A stretch of 64,000 nt of DNA from Candidatus Saccharimonadales bacterium (GCA_035480635.1 DATIHN010000016.1:76017-140016); one strand, 5' to 3'; numbered from the stretch's first letter, positions 49,101 to 58,819 are shown. Program-made: numbers and translations. Notes: generated by a model from the sequence alone, not told the origin.

Positions 49101-49847
49101 TTAGTGCTGGGCGGCTTCGACGATCCGAGCAAATTTGCTAGCGTTCACGCTAGCCCCACCCACCAGCAAACCATCGACCTCCCCCAGGCTCAGAAAGGCC
49201 GCAGCATTATCACCATCAACGCTGCCGCCATAGAGCAAGCGAATTTGGGCGGCTGATTCGCCGAATAGTTCAGTGATGGTTTGATGAATCAATCTGGCTA
49301 CCGGAATAACATCGTCCGGCCGGGCAAAATTACCGGTGCCAATTGCCCAAATCGGTTCGTAAGCCACTACGACTTGATCTAAATCTTCTTTGCTGACAAA
49401 GTGCAAACCGACCGTCAACTGATCCACGACAACCCGGCTGGTTAGCTCCTCACTACGTTCCAGCAACGTTTCGCCAACGCACAAAATTGGTTGGATGCGA
49501 TTGCGCAAGGCCGCCGCCACTTTTTTGGCCACCAATAAATTATCCTCGCCAAAAACCTGACGCCGCTCGGAGTGGCCGATGATGGCATAATCGACCAGGC
49601 CCTTGAGCATGGCGGCCGAGGTTTCGCCGGTGAAGGCGCCATTGTCCTCGAAATAAAGATTTTGCGCGCCCAGTTTGAATTTTTTGTCATCGAGCTCACG
49701 CGACACCGGGTAAACATCGAGCATGGGTGGGCACAGCACGACTTCGGCCTGGCCGGCATGGACCATTTTGGCCAGTTTTTGGTAATAAGTACTAGCCGCC
49801 CCTGGGCTAAAGTGTTCCTTCCAATTGCCAACAATCAGTTTTTTCAT
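49101..49847 (-). CDS. tpiA: Triosephosphate isomerase
   Basis: VGNWK, IGHSERR, AYEPIWAIGTG, LYGGSV, LVGGAS. Confidence 0.98.
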   Translation of the reverse strand: MKKLIVGNWKEHFSPGAASTYYQKLAKMVHAGQAEVVLCPPMLDVYPVSRELDDKKFKLGAQNLYFEDNGAFTGETSAAMLKGLVDYAIIGHSERRQVFGEDNLLVAKKVAAALRNRIQPILCVGETLLERSEELTSRVVVDQLTVGLHFVSKEDLDQVVVAYEPIWAIGTGNFARPDDVIPVARLIHQTITELFGESAAQIRLLYGGSVDGDNAAAFLSLGEVDGLLVGGASVNASKFARIVEAAQH

Positions 49848-49985
49848 ATCACCTCGATTGTTTGTATCATAAGCGTTTTGGGCTGAAGTATCAATTTCCC
49901 AATCACTCGTGGTCAGATTTCATGATTTCTCTCCCCACCCAGCTTCATCCGCTCCCACCCTATCTCCTCCTATCCTATCTGCCCT

Positions 49986-50250
49986 GCGTCTTTTACCGTT
50001 CGGCCTTAAGACTGGCTCGCGAGTTATCGTCGCTCGCTAATAGGACGAACAGTCTTTCGGCTCGAACGGTGTATTTTCTCATTAAAATCCATATAGCAGA
50101 TTGCGAAGATGTAAGTAATGGGAGAGATTGACTGAGCAATCTGCTCAATTTGAACCAAAAGATAAACTACCCAGCCCATTTTTTTGTATCGACTAAGTTA
50201 GTAATCGTAATGGGAGTAGGAAGAGAGAGCTTACACAAAAAATGGGCTGG
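49986..50250. repeat. Modular hairpin repeat unit (C-B-A)
   Basis: C 49995-50070, B 50095-50145, A 50171-50250. Confidence 0.9.
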
Positions 50251-50259
50251 AAGAAGAGC

Positions 50260-51423
50260 CTACTTTTTGATTAGCGGCTCCAAGCCGGGTAATTTATTAC
50301 CAGCCATTAATTCTAGTCCAGCTCCACCACCAGTGGAAACAAAGCTAAAATCATCGGCCATATGAATTTTATCCAGGAATGCCGCCGTATCGCCACCGCC
50401 AATAATGCTGGTGGCCGAAGTTGCCGCAATAGCCCGGGCCAGTTTTTTGGAACTTTTGGCAAACTGGTTAAATTCAGCCACACCGACCGGGCCATTCCAG
50501 ATAATAGTGCCGGCTGACTTGATAGCTTGAGTGGCTTTGGCTGTAGTGGCCGGACCGATATCGGCAATGATGTCGCCAGTTGATACTTCGTCCAAGTTTT
50601 TAACGGTAGCCTTAGCGCGCGGTCCTAGTGAGCTCGCTACTACCACGTCTACTGGCAAAATTAGGCTGACTTTGCGCTTCGTGGCTTCGGCGCTAATATC
50701 ACGCGTCAACTGCATCTGGTCCTTTTCATAGAGACTCTTACCGACTTCCCCGCCGTCGGCCGCAATGAAAGTGTTGGCCATAGCACCGCCGATTAACATG
50801 CCGTCAACTTTTTTGAGCAGGTTTTCAATCAAGGGAATTTTAGTTGAAATTTTGGCTCCACCAACGATGGCAAATAGTGGTCGTTTGGGATTATCCAGAG
50901 CCGAAGTGATAGCCTCGACTTCCTTTTGGACTAAAAAACCAGCGGCCGCGGGTAGCAGTTTGGGTAAACCGACGACTGAAGCGTGAGAGCGATGCATAAC
51001 GGTAAAATCATCATCAACATAAGCGTCACCTAAAGCTGCCAGGGACTTAGCAAACTTAGCATCATTGGCTTCCTCGCCCTTTTTCAGGCGCAAGTTTTCG
51101 AGCATGATGACATGACCTGGTTCCATATCGGCAATAGTTTGCTCGACTGCGGGTCCGGTTGAATCCGGCACAAAAGCCACGGCTCGTTTGAGCAAGCGCG
51201 ACAGCACTGGCGCAACCGGAGCCAAACTTTCCCCCTCCTTACTCAAATGACTAATTAAAACGACTTTGGCTTGGTGTTTAATTAAATATTGAATGGTTGG
51301 CAGAGCGGCTCGCAGGCGCTGGGTGTCTTTGACTTTGCGCTTTTCGATTGGGACGTTCAAAGCCGCTCTGAGCAAGACCACCCGGCCCCGGACATCTAGA
51401 TCTTCAACCGATTTAAGCCGCAT
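50260..51423 (-). CDS. pgk: Phosphoglycerate kinase
   Basis: LNVPI, MLENLR, GGAKISTK, WNGPVG, GGGDT, VSTGGGA. Confidence 0.97.
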   Translation of the reverse strand: MRLKSVEDLDVRGRVVLLRAALNVPIEKRKVKDTQRLRAALPTIQYLIKHQAKVVLISHLSKEGESLAPVAPVLSRLLKRAVAFVPDSTGPAVEQTIADMEPGHVIMLENLRLKKGEEANDAKFAKSLAALGDAYVDDDFTVMHRSHASVVGLPKLLPAAAGFLVQKEVEAITSALDNPKRPLFAIVGGAKISTKIPLIENLLKKVDGMLIGGAMANTFIAADGGEVGKSLYEKDQMQLTRDISAEATKRKVSLILPVDVVVASSLGPRAKATVKNLDEVSTGDIIADIGPATTAKATQAIKSAGTIIWNGPVGVAEFNQFAKSSKKLARAIAATSATSIIGGGDTAAFLDKIHMADDFSFVSTGGGAGLELMAGNKLPGLEPLIKK

Positions 51424-51524
51424 GGCTCACCTCATTCATACTTCTATTGTAAACCCTTGAGCTTAAACGGAGCAAAGTCGAAAGGTCGAGCGCCCCGAGC
51501 TCATTTGAACTCAGGGCGCTAAGA

Positions 51525-52400
51525 TTAGGCCGGTTTGATCAGATCGCTCTCGCGCTTTTCGCGCGGAACTCCGCGCAATTCACGCACAATGCCGATCTTG
51601 GCCAGCAACCAGAGGGTGTAGAAAGTGGTGTCGTACTCCCACCAATAGAACCCCTGCCGGGCCGAATACATGTAGTGGTGATGGTTGTTGTGCCAACCTT
51701 CGCCGCCGGTAAAGAGCGCCAGGAACCAGTTGTTGCGACTGGTGTCGCTGGTGGCGTAGCGGCGCCGGCCCCAAACGTGCGCCAGCGAATTGATGGTGAA
51801 GGTGCCATGCCAGAGCAGCACGGTCGAAGCAAAGAAGCCGATGAACAGCCCGGGCAGGCCGGCGTAGAGGAAGCTGAAGATGGCCAGCGCCCACGGGCCG
51901 ATCATGTTCCACTTGTTGACCCAGACCAACTCGGGGTATTTGGCTAGATCCGGGATGCGATCCCATTCGGTGTCGCCGTATTTATCGCACAGGATCCAAC
52001 CGACGTGGCTCCACCAAAAGCCCAGCTTGGGCGAATGGACGTCGCCATCGGCATCAGAGAAGCGGTGGTGATTGCGATGATGCGCCGCCCACCACAGCGG
52101 ACCTTTTTGGGCAGCCGTGGTCCCAGCGAAGGCGAAGACGAACTGCGAAAATCGGTTCAGCTTGTAGCTCTTGTGCGAGAAGTAGCGGTGGTAGCCGCCA
52201 GTCAGGAAGAACATCCGCACGAAGAACGAGACCGCTAGTAGCACCCAGGCCTTGCGGTTGTCCCACCACATCAGGACGCCAAACAGAGCCAGTCCGTGGA
52301 GGGCCAGAAACGGGATCGAGCTGATCCAGTTAACGTGCATGTCGGGCGTTTTGGCCAGCTTGGCCTCGGCGCGTTCTGGTGTTGCTAGGCCGATGGCCAT
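51525..52400 (-). CDS. Membrane acyl-CoA/lipid (delta-9-type) desaturase
   Basis: His boxes YHRYFSH, HHRNHH, GEGWHNNHH; INSLAH; SD GGAG before MAIG. Confidence 0.93.
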   Translation of the reverse strand: MAIGLATPERAEAKLAKTPDMHVNWISSIPFLALHGLALFGVLMWWDNRKAWVLLAVSFFVRMFFLTGGYHRYFSHKSYKLNRFSQFVFAFAGTTAAQKGPLWWAAHHRNHHRFSDADGDVHSPKLGFWWSHVGWILCDKYGDTEWDRIPDLAKYPELVWVNKWNMIGPWALAIFSFLYAGLPGLFIGFFASTVLLWHGTFTINSLAHVWGRRRYATSDTSRNNWFLALFTGGEGWHNNHHHYMYSARQGFYWWEYDTTFYTLWLLAKIGIVRELRGVPREKRESDLIKPA

Positions 52401-52477
52401 GCTTACTCCCAACTGTTGTGAACGTGCAGTGAGATTAGTATAAAACGCTTACGGCTGAAGCGCGATACGAAATTTAT

Positions 52478-53170
52478 TTAGGCAACTTGAATTTGATTTC
52501 GTTTGATGTAGTCTCGGACCATTTTGGCCTTTTCCAGCTCGATGCGTTTGGTCTCAACGTAGTGATCAAGCAATTCATCGAGTGTGAAAATAGAATGAAA
52601 CCCGACACCCTGGGACGTCAAATATTCCATGGCTCCTTGCTGCCTATCAACTACTGTTAGAATGTCGTTTACTACCAAACCGGCTTTTTCGGCTGCATTT
52701 TTAAATAGCGATTTATTGTAACCACCTGAAGTATGATCCTCGACTACCATCAAAACGTGACCTTTTTGGTAATCGCCCTTGATTGGCCCAACAAAGACTC
52801 TTCGACCGTCGGCTTCTTCTTTACCAAACTCTAGTAACTTATTTTCCCCGTCAGGCTCAAGTTTGGCCAGCTCTTCAGCAACCGGCTGAGCGCCCTTAGG
52901 TACTGCCGCCATTCGGTCGTATTCCAAACCTTTTTCGCTGATTAGATCGCTAAAGAGTCCGGCTGCCAAAACGTATATTCTTGGCAGTAACTCGGTCCCA
53001 GCTTCCCCCGGTTTGGGGTAGTGTAAATAAATTGGCGAAAGTTCCAAATCTGGATTAGCTTCATGAGCTGCTAGTTTAAAGGCCCCGAATTTAACGGTGT
53101 CGCTATCAAAATATAAGTCCGCTAACTCTTTTTGTTTCAAATTCAGTACATGCTGACTTGGTTTCGCCAT
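52478..53170 (-). CDS. pyrE: Orotate phosphoribosyltransferase
   Basis: VKFGAFKL..SPIY, PRPP-binding VVEDHTSGG, VVDRQQG; next to pyrF. Confidence 0.8.
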   Translation of the reverse strand: MAKPSQHVLNLKQKELADLYFDSDTVKFGAFKLAAHEANPDLELSPIYLHYPKPGEAGTELLPRIYVLAAGLFSDLISEKGLEYDRMAAVPKGAQPVAEELAKLEPDGENKLLEFGKEEADGRRVFVGPIKGDYQKGHVLMVVEDHTSGGYNKSLFKNAAEKAGLVVNDILTVVDRQQGAMEYLTSQGVGFHSIFTLDELLDHYVETKRIELEKAKMVRDYIKRNQIQVA

Positions 53171-53171
53171 A

Positions 53172-53993
53172 CTACCTCCTCAATTTATTAATATCATCGC
53201 GTAATTTCTGGGTTTCACTGCGTGCGGCTTTAGCAAAATCAGCTCCCGAGCTAGCAAAGATGATGCCGCGGGACGAACTAATGATTAGTCCGGCTTTGTC
53301 TTTACGCAAGCCATTATTGAGCGTGGCCTCTAAATCACCGCCCTGAGCGCCGATACCGGGCACCAGAAACCACATCTCCGGCGCCATGGCTCGGATCTCG
53401 GCCATTTCTTTGGGATAGGTGGCGCCAACCACCATCAGGCAGTCGCCTTGTTTGCTCCAGTCATCTACGACGTGTTTGGCTACAATTTGATAGAGCGGCC
53501 GGCCATCGATGGTTAAGTCTTGGAATTCGCCAGCGCCGGGGTTGGAGGTTCGACAAAGAATGATCAGGCCCTTTTGATCTTGAGCCAAGAAGGCCGTTAG
53601 CGATTCTTTGCCCAAATATGGGTGCAGCGTCAAAGCATCGACCCCCAGGTAATCAAAAACGTATTCAATGTAGCCGTCGTTGGTTGAGCCGATATCGCCG
53701 CGTTTGGCATCAAGAATGATGGGAATATCGGGGTGTTGAGTACGTAAATAATCGCAGGTGGCTTTTAGCGCCGCCACACCATCGGCGCCCAGAGCCTCAT
53801 AAAAAGCGGCCTGAGGTTTGTAGGCCAAGACCAAATCGGCGGTGGCATCGATAATGGCTTTGTTAAAGATAAATTGCGAAAGTTTTTGACCCTTGAATTG
53901 GGTGGGTAATTTACGATGGTCTGGATCCAAGCCGACGCAAGCTAGAGAATTACGAGCTTTGGCCGAGGCATTTAATTTATCGCTAAATTTCAC
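53172..53993 (-). CDS. pyrF: Orotidine-5'-phosphate decarboxylase
   Basis: CVGLDP, ILDAKRGDIGST, RTSNPG, VVGAT, LVPGIGAQGG, SSRGII; SD GGGAGG then GTG. Confidence 0.95.
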   Translation of the reverse strand: MKFSDKLNASAKARNSLACVGLDPDHRKLPTQFKGQKLSQFIFNKAIIDATADLVLAYKPQAAFYEALGADGVAALKATCDYLRTQHPDIPIILDAKRGDIGSTNDGYIEYVFDYLGVDALTLHPYLGKESLTAFLAQDQKGLIILCRTSNPGAGEFQDLTIDGRPLYQIVAKHVVDDWSKQGDCLMVVGATYPKEMAEIRAMAPEMWFLVPGIGAQGGDLEATLNNGLRKDKAGLIISSSRGIIFASSGADFAKAARSETQKLRDDINKLRR

Positions 53994-54026
53994 AGAAGCC
54001 TCCCGTGTGTTATCTTTTAAGCTAGC

Positions 54027-55118
54027 ATGGCAGCTAAACTCAAGCAACCAATCTACGATCCAGCCAAGACCTACGACGATAACTTTGACCAAGGTCCCTT
54101 TTGGGACAAAGTTGATGGGATCGTGGCCAGCCAAGGCGATCCGGCCCATCGTTTTTTGGGCCAGCCGATTCATTCGCGCTTTGGCATCCCAGCGGGTCCC
54201 TTACTGAACAGCAATTATATTAAGCGAGCCTTTGAACATGGCTACGATGTGTTGGTCTATAAAACTCAACGCAGTCGGCCTTTCGGTGTCAATGAATTTC
54301 CCAATGTTTTGTTTTTGGATGTGGATGGTGATTTGACGCTAGAAAAGGCCGCCCAGCCCCAACTGGGTAAAGCCGATACCAAAAAGGCCGCTCACGAATT
54401 TTCCATCACCAACTCCTTTGGTAACCCATCGCGCGGACCGGAATATTGGGTGGATGATTTGAAGAAAGCCATTAGTTACCAGGGCCCGGGACAGCTATTA
54501 CTAATGAGCGTTTGCGGCACGATTGAGGGGGATCAATCGAGCGCTGATTATTTTGGTGATTTTGCGAACGCCGCTAAACTGGCCGCCGATGCCGGAGTAA
54601 GCGCGATCGAACTAAACCTCTCCTGCCCCAATGTGGCTAACGAAGGCGTTATTTGCTACACGCCCGAGGCCGTTATTGAAATCGGCCGCCGAACCAAAGA
54701 GCTGGTGGGTAATGTTCCTCTGGTAGCCAAGTTTGGCTACTTTGCGCCCGACCAGCAGGATTTGCTGGAGCGAATCATCAAGGACAGTTCGCCTTATTAT
54801 TCGGCCTACTCGGTTATAAACACCATCGCCGCTCCGGTGGTTGATGAGGCCGGCGAACAAGCCTTGCCTGGGCCGAACCGTTTGAAGAGCGGCGTCTGCG
54901 GCGCTAGTATTCGCTGGGCGGGGTTGGATATGGTCCAGCGCCTGGCCGCTTTACGCCAAAAGCTGGGTCTAGATTATGAAATTATTGGGGTTGGTGGCGT
55001 CATGAACGCTGATCATTTTAACGATTACCGCTCAGCCGGCGCCGATGTGGTCCAATCGGCCACCGGAGCCATGTGGAATCCGTTGCTGGCTAGTGAAATC
55101 AAGCTCGATCAAGCCTAA
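54027..55118 (+). CDS. pyrD: Dihydroorotate dehydrogenase-like flavoprotein
   Basis: FGIPAGPL, NSFG, IELNLSCPN, INTI, SGVCG, IIGVGGV. Confidence 0.8.
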   Translation: MAAKLKQPIYDPAKTYDDNFDQGPFWDKVDGIVASQGDPAHRFLGQPIHSRFGIPAGPLLNSNYIKRAFEHGYDVLVYKTQRSRPFGVNEFPNVLFLDVDGDLTLEKAAQPQLGKADTKKAAHEFSITNSFGNPSRGPEYWVDDLKKAISYQGPGQLLLMSVCGTIEGDQSSADYFGDFANAAKLAADAGVSAIELNLSCPNVANEGVICYTPEAVIEIGRRTKELVGNVPLVAKFGYFAPDQQDLLERIIKDSSPYYSAYSVINTIAAPVVDEAGEQALPGPNRLKSGVCGASIRWAGLDMVQRLAALRQKLGLDYEIIGVGGVMNADHFNDYRSAGADVVQSATGAMWNPLLASEIKLDQA

Positions 55119-55185
55119 GCTTGCGATTATAAAAATATTGTGATATAAATGAGCCACTTTTCTGGAACCTAGACCTGGAGGGGTC

Positions 55186-55548
55186 ATGTCGATGAAACGA
55201 GCGCAAGTTCATGTTGTCGGTAAACCGAAAGATCTTTGGGTCTACAGCCACTACGGCGCCGACACAGTTGCCGAAGATGTCGGAAAGGCTTTGAAAAAGG
55301 TCCTCGATTTCGCTGGGGTTCAAGGCTGGCGAGATGCCAGCCTGGTACTGCCCCACATCATTCACCAAATGATGTCAACCGAAGACCGAAGCGTACGAGT
55401 CGTGGTCAAACCACCAGCGGGTTTTGATTTTGACCTCGTCGTAGACTGTTTGGCTCTTGAGGTACGCCCAACTACGGCCATGGGCAGAATGATTGTCAGT
55501 TTCGAGTCGTTCATCGAGATGGTCGCTCCAGCCTCAGCCACAGCCTGA
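55186..55548 (+). CDS. Hypothetical protein within the pyr cluster
   Basis: Promoter TTGCGA-17-TATAAA (55121-55149), SD GGAGG, downstream GGCCCACGGTG/CACCGTGGGCC hairpin. Confidence 0.65.
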   Translation: MSMKRAQVHVVGKPKDLWVYSHYGADTVAEDVGKALKKVLDFAGVQGWRDASLVLPHIIHQMMSTEDRSVRVVVKPPAGFDFDLVVDCLALEVRPTTAMGRMIVSFESFIEMVAPASATA

Positions 55549-55597
55549 CGAAAGTCCGAACCTCGGGCCCACGGTGAACACCGTGGGCCTGAATTCT

Positions 55598-56641
55598 TTA
55601 TAAAATCCGGCCGCTGCCAGGTTTAGCCATCACTTCATCATTCTCAAAAACCGTTTGGCCGCGCAAAATCACTTTTTGAACCCGCCCGAAAGCCGTTTGG
55701 CCGGCAAAGGGGCTCCAACCGCACTTGGTTTTAAGATCCTCGTTCTTGATGACGAACTCCCCGGCGCTGACCTCGACGTGGCTGGTCGGATCAGCCTTCA
55801 GGCCAATAATTTTACGCGGGTTGGTGGAGCATTTAGCGATGATAGCTTCGCGGCTAATTTTACCCTCACGCTCAGCCTGCAAAAGTAGCGGCAGGGTTGT
55901 TTCCAACCCCGGCACCCCAAAGGCGCCTTCGTCTTTTTCGCTTCGCGTGTGCGGAGCATGATCGCTTTCGATGGCGTCAACTTGGTCGAGGTTTGACCAC
56001 AGATAATCAACGTCAGCTTGGGGTTTGAGTGATGGCTTCATCATGCCATAATTACCCAAACGCTTTTCGTCGCTGGCGTTCAAAAACAAATGGTGGGGCG
56101 TGATGCCGCAACTAACCGGCAAGCCGGCTTTTTTGGCCTCAAGAATTGGCAGTAACTCAGCCCGACTGGAAACGTGGCAAACGTGGGTGGCTTGGCCGGT
56201 TTTGGCCGTCACTTTCAGCGCTGTTTTGATGACGTCCGCCTCAGCGTGCAGCAGAATTGGTTTAGGGCTACTCCAAGCCCTAAAGATTTTTTCGAGGTGG
56301 GCTGGGTCGAGCAAATAATTGCCGGTGGTGACGTTTAGATACAGCTTCAGACCCGACGTTAATTTCATGGCTCCAGCGAACTGGTCCAAATTATCGCCTA
56401 GCGATCCAAAGTGAAAACCAACGTCGGCTACGATCTGACGCCTAGCCGAGGCGATTTTAGCTTTTAACAGCTTGACGGTGGTAATAGCTTCGGCATTATT
56501 AGGCATATCGTAGACGGCAGTATAGCCACCGGCTAAGGCGGCTTGGGTGCCGGTGTAGAAATCCTCTTTTTGGGTTTGGCCGGGATCGCGCAAGTGGACA
56601 TGCAAATCAACTAGGCCGGGGAGCTTGATAATTTCAGTCAT
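55598..56641 (-). CDS. pyrC: Dihydroorotase
   Basis: LPGLVDLHVHLRDPG, DMPN, HVCHVS, SDHAPH, KCGWSPF. Confidence 0.93.
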   Translation of the reverse strand: MTEIIKLPGLVDLHVHLRDPGQTQKEDFYTGTQAALAGGYTAVYDMPNNAEAITTVKLLKAKIASARRQIVADVGFHFGSLGDNLDQFAGAMKLTSGLKLYLNVTTGNYLLDPAHLEKIFRAWSSPKPILLHAEADVIKTALKVTAKTGQATHVCHVSSRAELLPILEAKKAGLPVSCGITPHHLFLNASDEKRLGNYGMMKPSLKPQADVDYLWSNLDQVDAIESDHAPHTRSEKDEGAFGVPGLETTLPLLLQAEREGKISREAIIAKCSTNPRKIIGLKADPTSHVEVSAGEFVIKNEDLKTKCGWSPFAGQTAFGRVQKVILRGQTVFENDEVMAKPGSGRIL

Positions 56642-57557
56642 GATTTTTCTCCAACACCCATTCCAAAAGTGCCATGCGAATAAACATACCATTGCCAGCC
56701 TGGCGAAAGTAGGCCGCTCTGGGGTCACTATCAACGGCCGGGGTGATTTCATCAACTCTAGGCAAGGGGTGCATGAGGATGGCGTCTTTTTTGAGTAAGA
56801 TCATATCTTTCGCATCAATCACGAAGGTTTGAGCCAGTTTGGAGCTATCAAAGCGTTCTTTTTGGACTCTGGTCCAGTAGACCACATCGGCCAACTTTAA
56901 GGCTGATTCGATATCACTGGTTTCATTAAACTTGGTGCCCTGTTTTGTTAAATGATCGGTGATGTCGCGGCCGATCTCCAAGCCAGGCGGCGCCAAAAAA
57001 GTAATTTGATTGGCCTTGAACTTGGCTAGCAGATAGGCCAGCGACCGGGCCGTGCGGCCGTGAGCTAGATCGCCGCCGATAACGACATGCAAATTATCGC
57101 TGCGGCCCAGCTCCTTTTGGATGGTGTAGAGATCAAGCAGGGCCTGGGTCGGGTGCTGGCCCATGCCGTCGCCGGCATTAATGATTGGCACGCTGCTTAT
57201 GGCAGCGGCTCGCTCAGCGGCCCCGGTTTCGTTGTGACGCAACACAATCACATCGGGGCGATATTGGCACAGCGTTTTGATAGTGTCCTCGAGGGTTTCA
57301 CCCTTGGCGGCTGATGAGAATTCGCGGGCGTTTTCGGTGCTGACGACTTGCATGCCCAGGTGTTGGGCGGCCGCGTTGAATGAGACTCTAGTCCTAGTCG
57401 AAGGTTCGTAAAAAATCGTAAACATCATATTACCCTCGAGTAACCTAATTTGCTGGCCGTTCTTTTGATCAATCAAGTGCTCCAACTCAGCAGTCCGGGC
57501 AAATAGAGTCTCAATAAAACGTCGATCAAATTGTTGGGCTTCTAGGACATGTCGCAT
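56634..57557 (-). CDS. pyrB: Aspartate carbamoyltransferase
   Basis: FYEPSTRT, KGETLEDT, NAGDG..QHPTQALLD, MHPLPR. Confidence 0.97.
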   Translation of the reverse strand: MRHVLEAQQFDRRFIETLFARTAELEHLIDQKNGQQIRLLEGNMMFTIFYEPSTRTRVSFNAAAQHLGMQVVSTENAREFSSAAKGETLEDTIKTLCQYRPDVIVLRHNETGAAERAAAISSVPIINAGDGMGQHPTQALLDLYTIQKELGRSDNLHVVIGGDLAHGRTARSLAYLLAKFKANQITFLAPPGLEIGRDITDHLTKQGTKFNETSDIESALKLADVVYWTRVQKERFDSSKLAQTFVIDAKDMILLKKDAILMHPLPRVDEITPAVDSDPRAAYFRQAGNGMFIRMALLEWVLEKNHD

Positions 57558-57650
57558 ACCCGCATTATAGGGTAGAGTTTGGTCTTAACCAATAAAGCCT
57601 TGTAAAAGCGGCGCCAACCTACGTATACTGGACTCGTAAGGTAGGGAGTT

Positions 57651-57821
57651 ATGGGAAGAATCGAAGAACTGATCATTGTTTTCCTGATCATCCTTTTGCT
57701 CTTCGGTGCCAAGCGGATTCCGCAACTGGCCCGGAGCATTGGTCAATCGATCAATGAGGTCAAGAAGGGTGTCGCAGAGGGGAGCCCCAAAGACGACGAT
57801 CAAGACAAAAAGTCGTCATAG
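57651..57821 (+). CDS. tatA: Twin-arginine translocase TatA/E subunit (56 aa; absent from ORF track)
   Basis: SD GGGAG; MGRIEELIIVFLIILLLFGAKRIPQLARSIGQSINEVKKG with FG hinge and amphipathic helix. Confidence 0.92.
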   Translation: MGRIEELIIVFLIILLLFGAKRIPQLARSIGQSINEVKKGVAEGSPKDDDQDKKSS

Positions 57822-57949
57822 TTCCTAGTTAGATAAAGCGGCCCGTTGAATTTTAACTCAGCGGCCGTTTTGATATTGATTTACATATAAACCCGCGGAG
57901 AAGACTGCGCGCCTCGAAAATACTTACGCCTAAATGGTATGATTGCCGT

Positions 57950-58819
57950 ATGAATGTCATTTCGGTCCAGGATGTTACTAAAGATTTTGGCTCAACCAAG
58001 GCTTTGCGGGGTATCAACTTGACGGTCGAATCAGGTCAGGTCTTCGGCTTTCTGGGTCCCAATGGCGCCGGTAAGACCACCATGATTCGAGCCATGATGG
58101 ACTTCATCCGCCCGACCAGTGGCAGTATTCGAATCTTTGGGGCTGATTCCCAATCCGCCAGCGCGGACTTGAAGCAAAAAATTGGCTTTCTGTCAGCCGA
58201 TAACGCCCTCTACCCCCATTGGACTGGCCGTACCCATATTGATTTCGCTGCTCGCCTGTCCGGCAAGGGCCAATACGTTGACGAAATAGTTCGCCGGCTC
58301 GATTTGAACTTGAGCGCCAAGGCCGGCCAGCTTTCAAGTGGCAATAAGCAAAAATTAGCTCTGGCTTTGGCTGTAGTCGGTGATCCTGAGCTTTTGATTA
58401 TGGACGAGCCGACGAGGGGATTGGATCCGCTACTTCAAAATGAGCTCTACTCCACCTTGGGTGAATTCAAAGCTAAGGGCGGTACCATTTTTCTTTCGAG
58501 TCATAACCTGGGCGAAGTCCAACGTATTTGCGACACTGTCGCAGTTATTAATCGGGGAAAGTTAGTGGCCGAAAAATCTATGAACGACTTCCGTGATATG
58601 CATGTTCATATGGTTAGTGTGGTGGTAGCCAAAACCGTTGACCCTAAGCAATTTAATTTGAAAAACGTCGATGTTGTCTCCAGTCAAGGATCATCTCTAA
58701 CCCTAAAAGTCCGCGGCGATATCAACCCAATATTATCCCAACTAAGCCAATTGGATGTTAAAGACCTAGAGGTTAGCCACTTAAGTTTAGAAGAAGTCTT
58801 TATGGAGCTGTATAAGTGA
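57950..58819 (+). CDS. ABC transporter ATP-binding protein
   Basis: GPNGAGKTT, LSSGNKQK, IMDEPT, SSH. Confidence 0.95.
   Translation: MNVISVQDVTKDFGSTKALRGINLTVESGQVFGFLGPNGAGKTTMIRAMMDFIRPTSGSIRIFGADSQSASADLKQKIGFLSADNALYPHWTGRTHIDFAARLSGKGQYVDEIVRRLDLNLSAKAGQLSSGNKQKLALALAVVGDPELLIMDEPTRGLDPLLQNELYSTLGEFKAKGGTIFLSSHNLGEVQRICDTVAVINRGKLVAEKSMNDFRDMHVHMVSVVVAKTVDPKQFNLKNVDVVSSQGSSLTLKVRGDINPILSQLSQLDVKDLEVSHLSLEEVFMELYK

Noticed and set aside
49862-50365. ORFs 49862-50131, 50150-50365, 42179-42361 and 63672-63863
   Set aside because: They run through non-coding repeat modules and have no protein features
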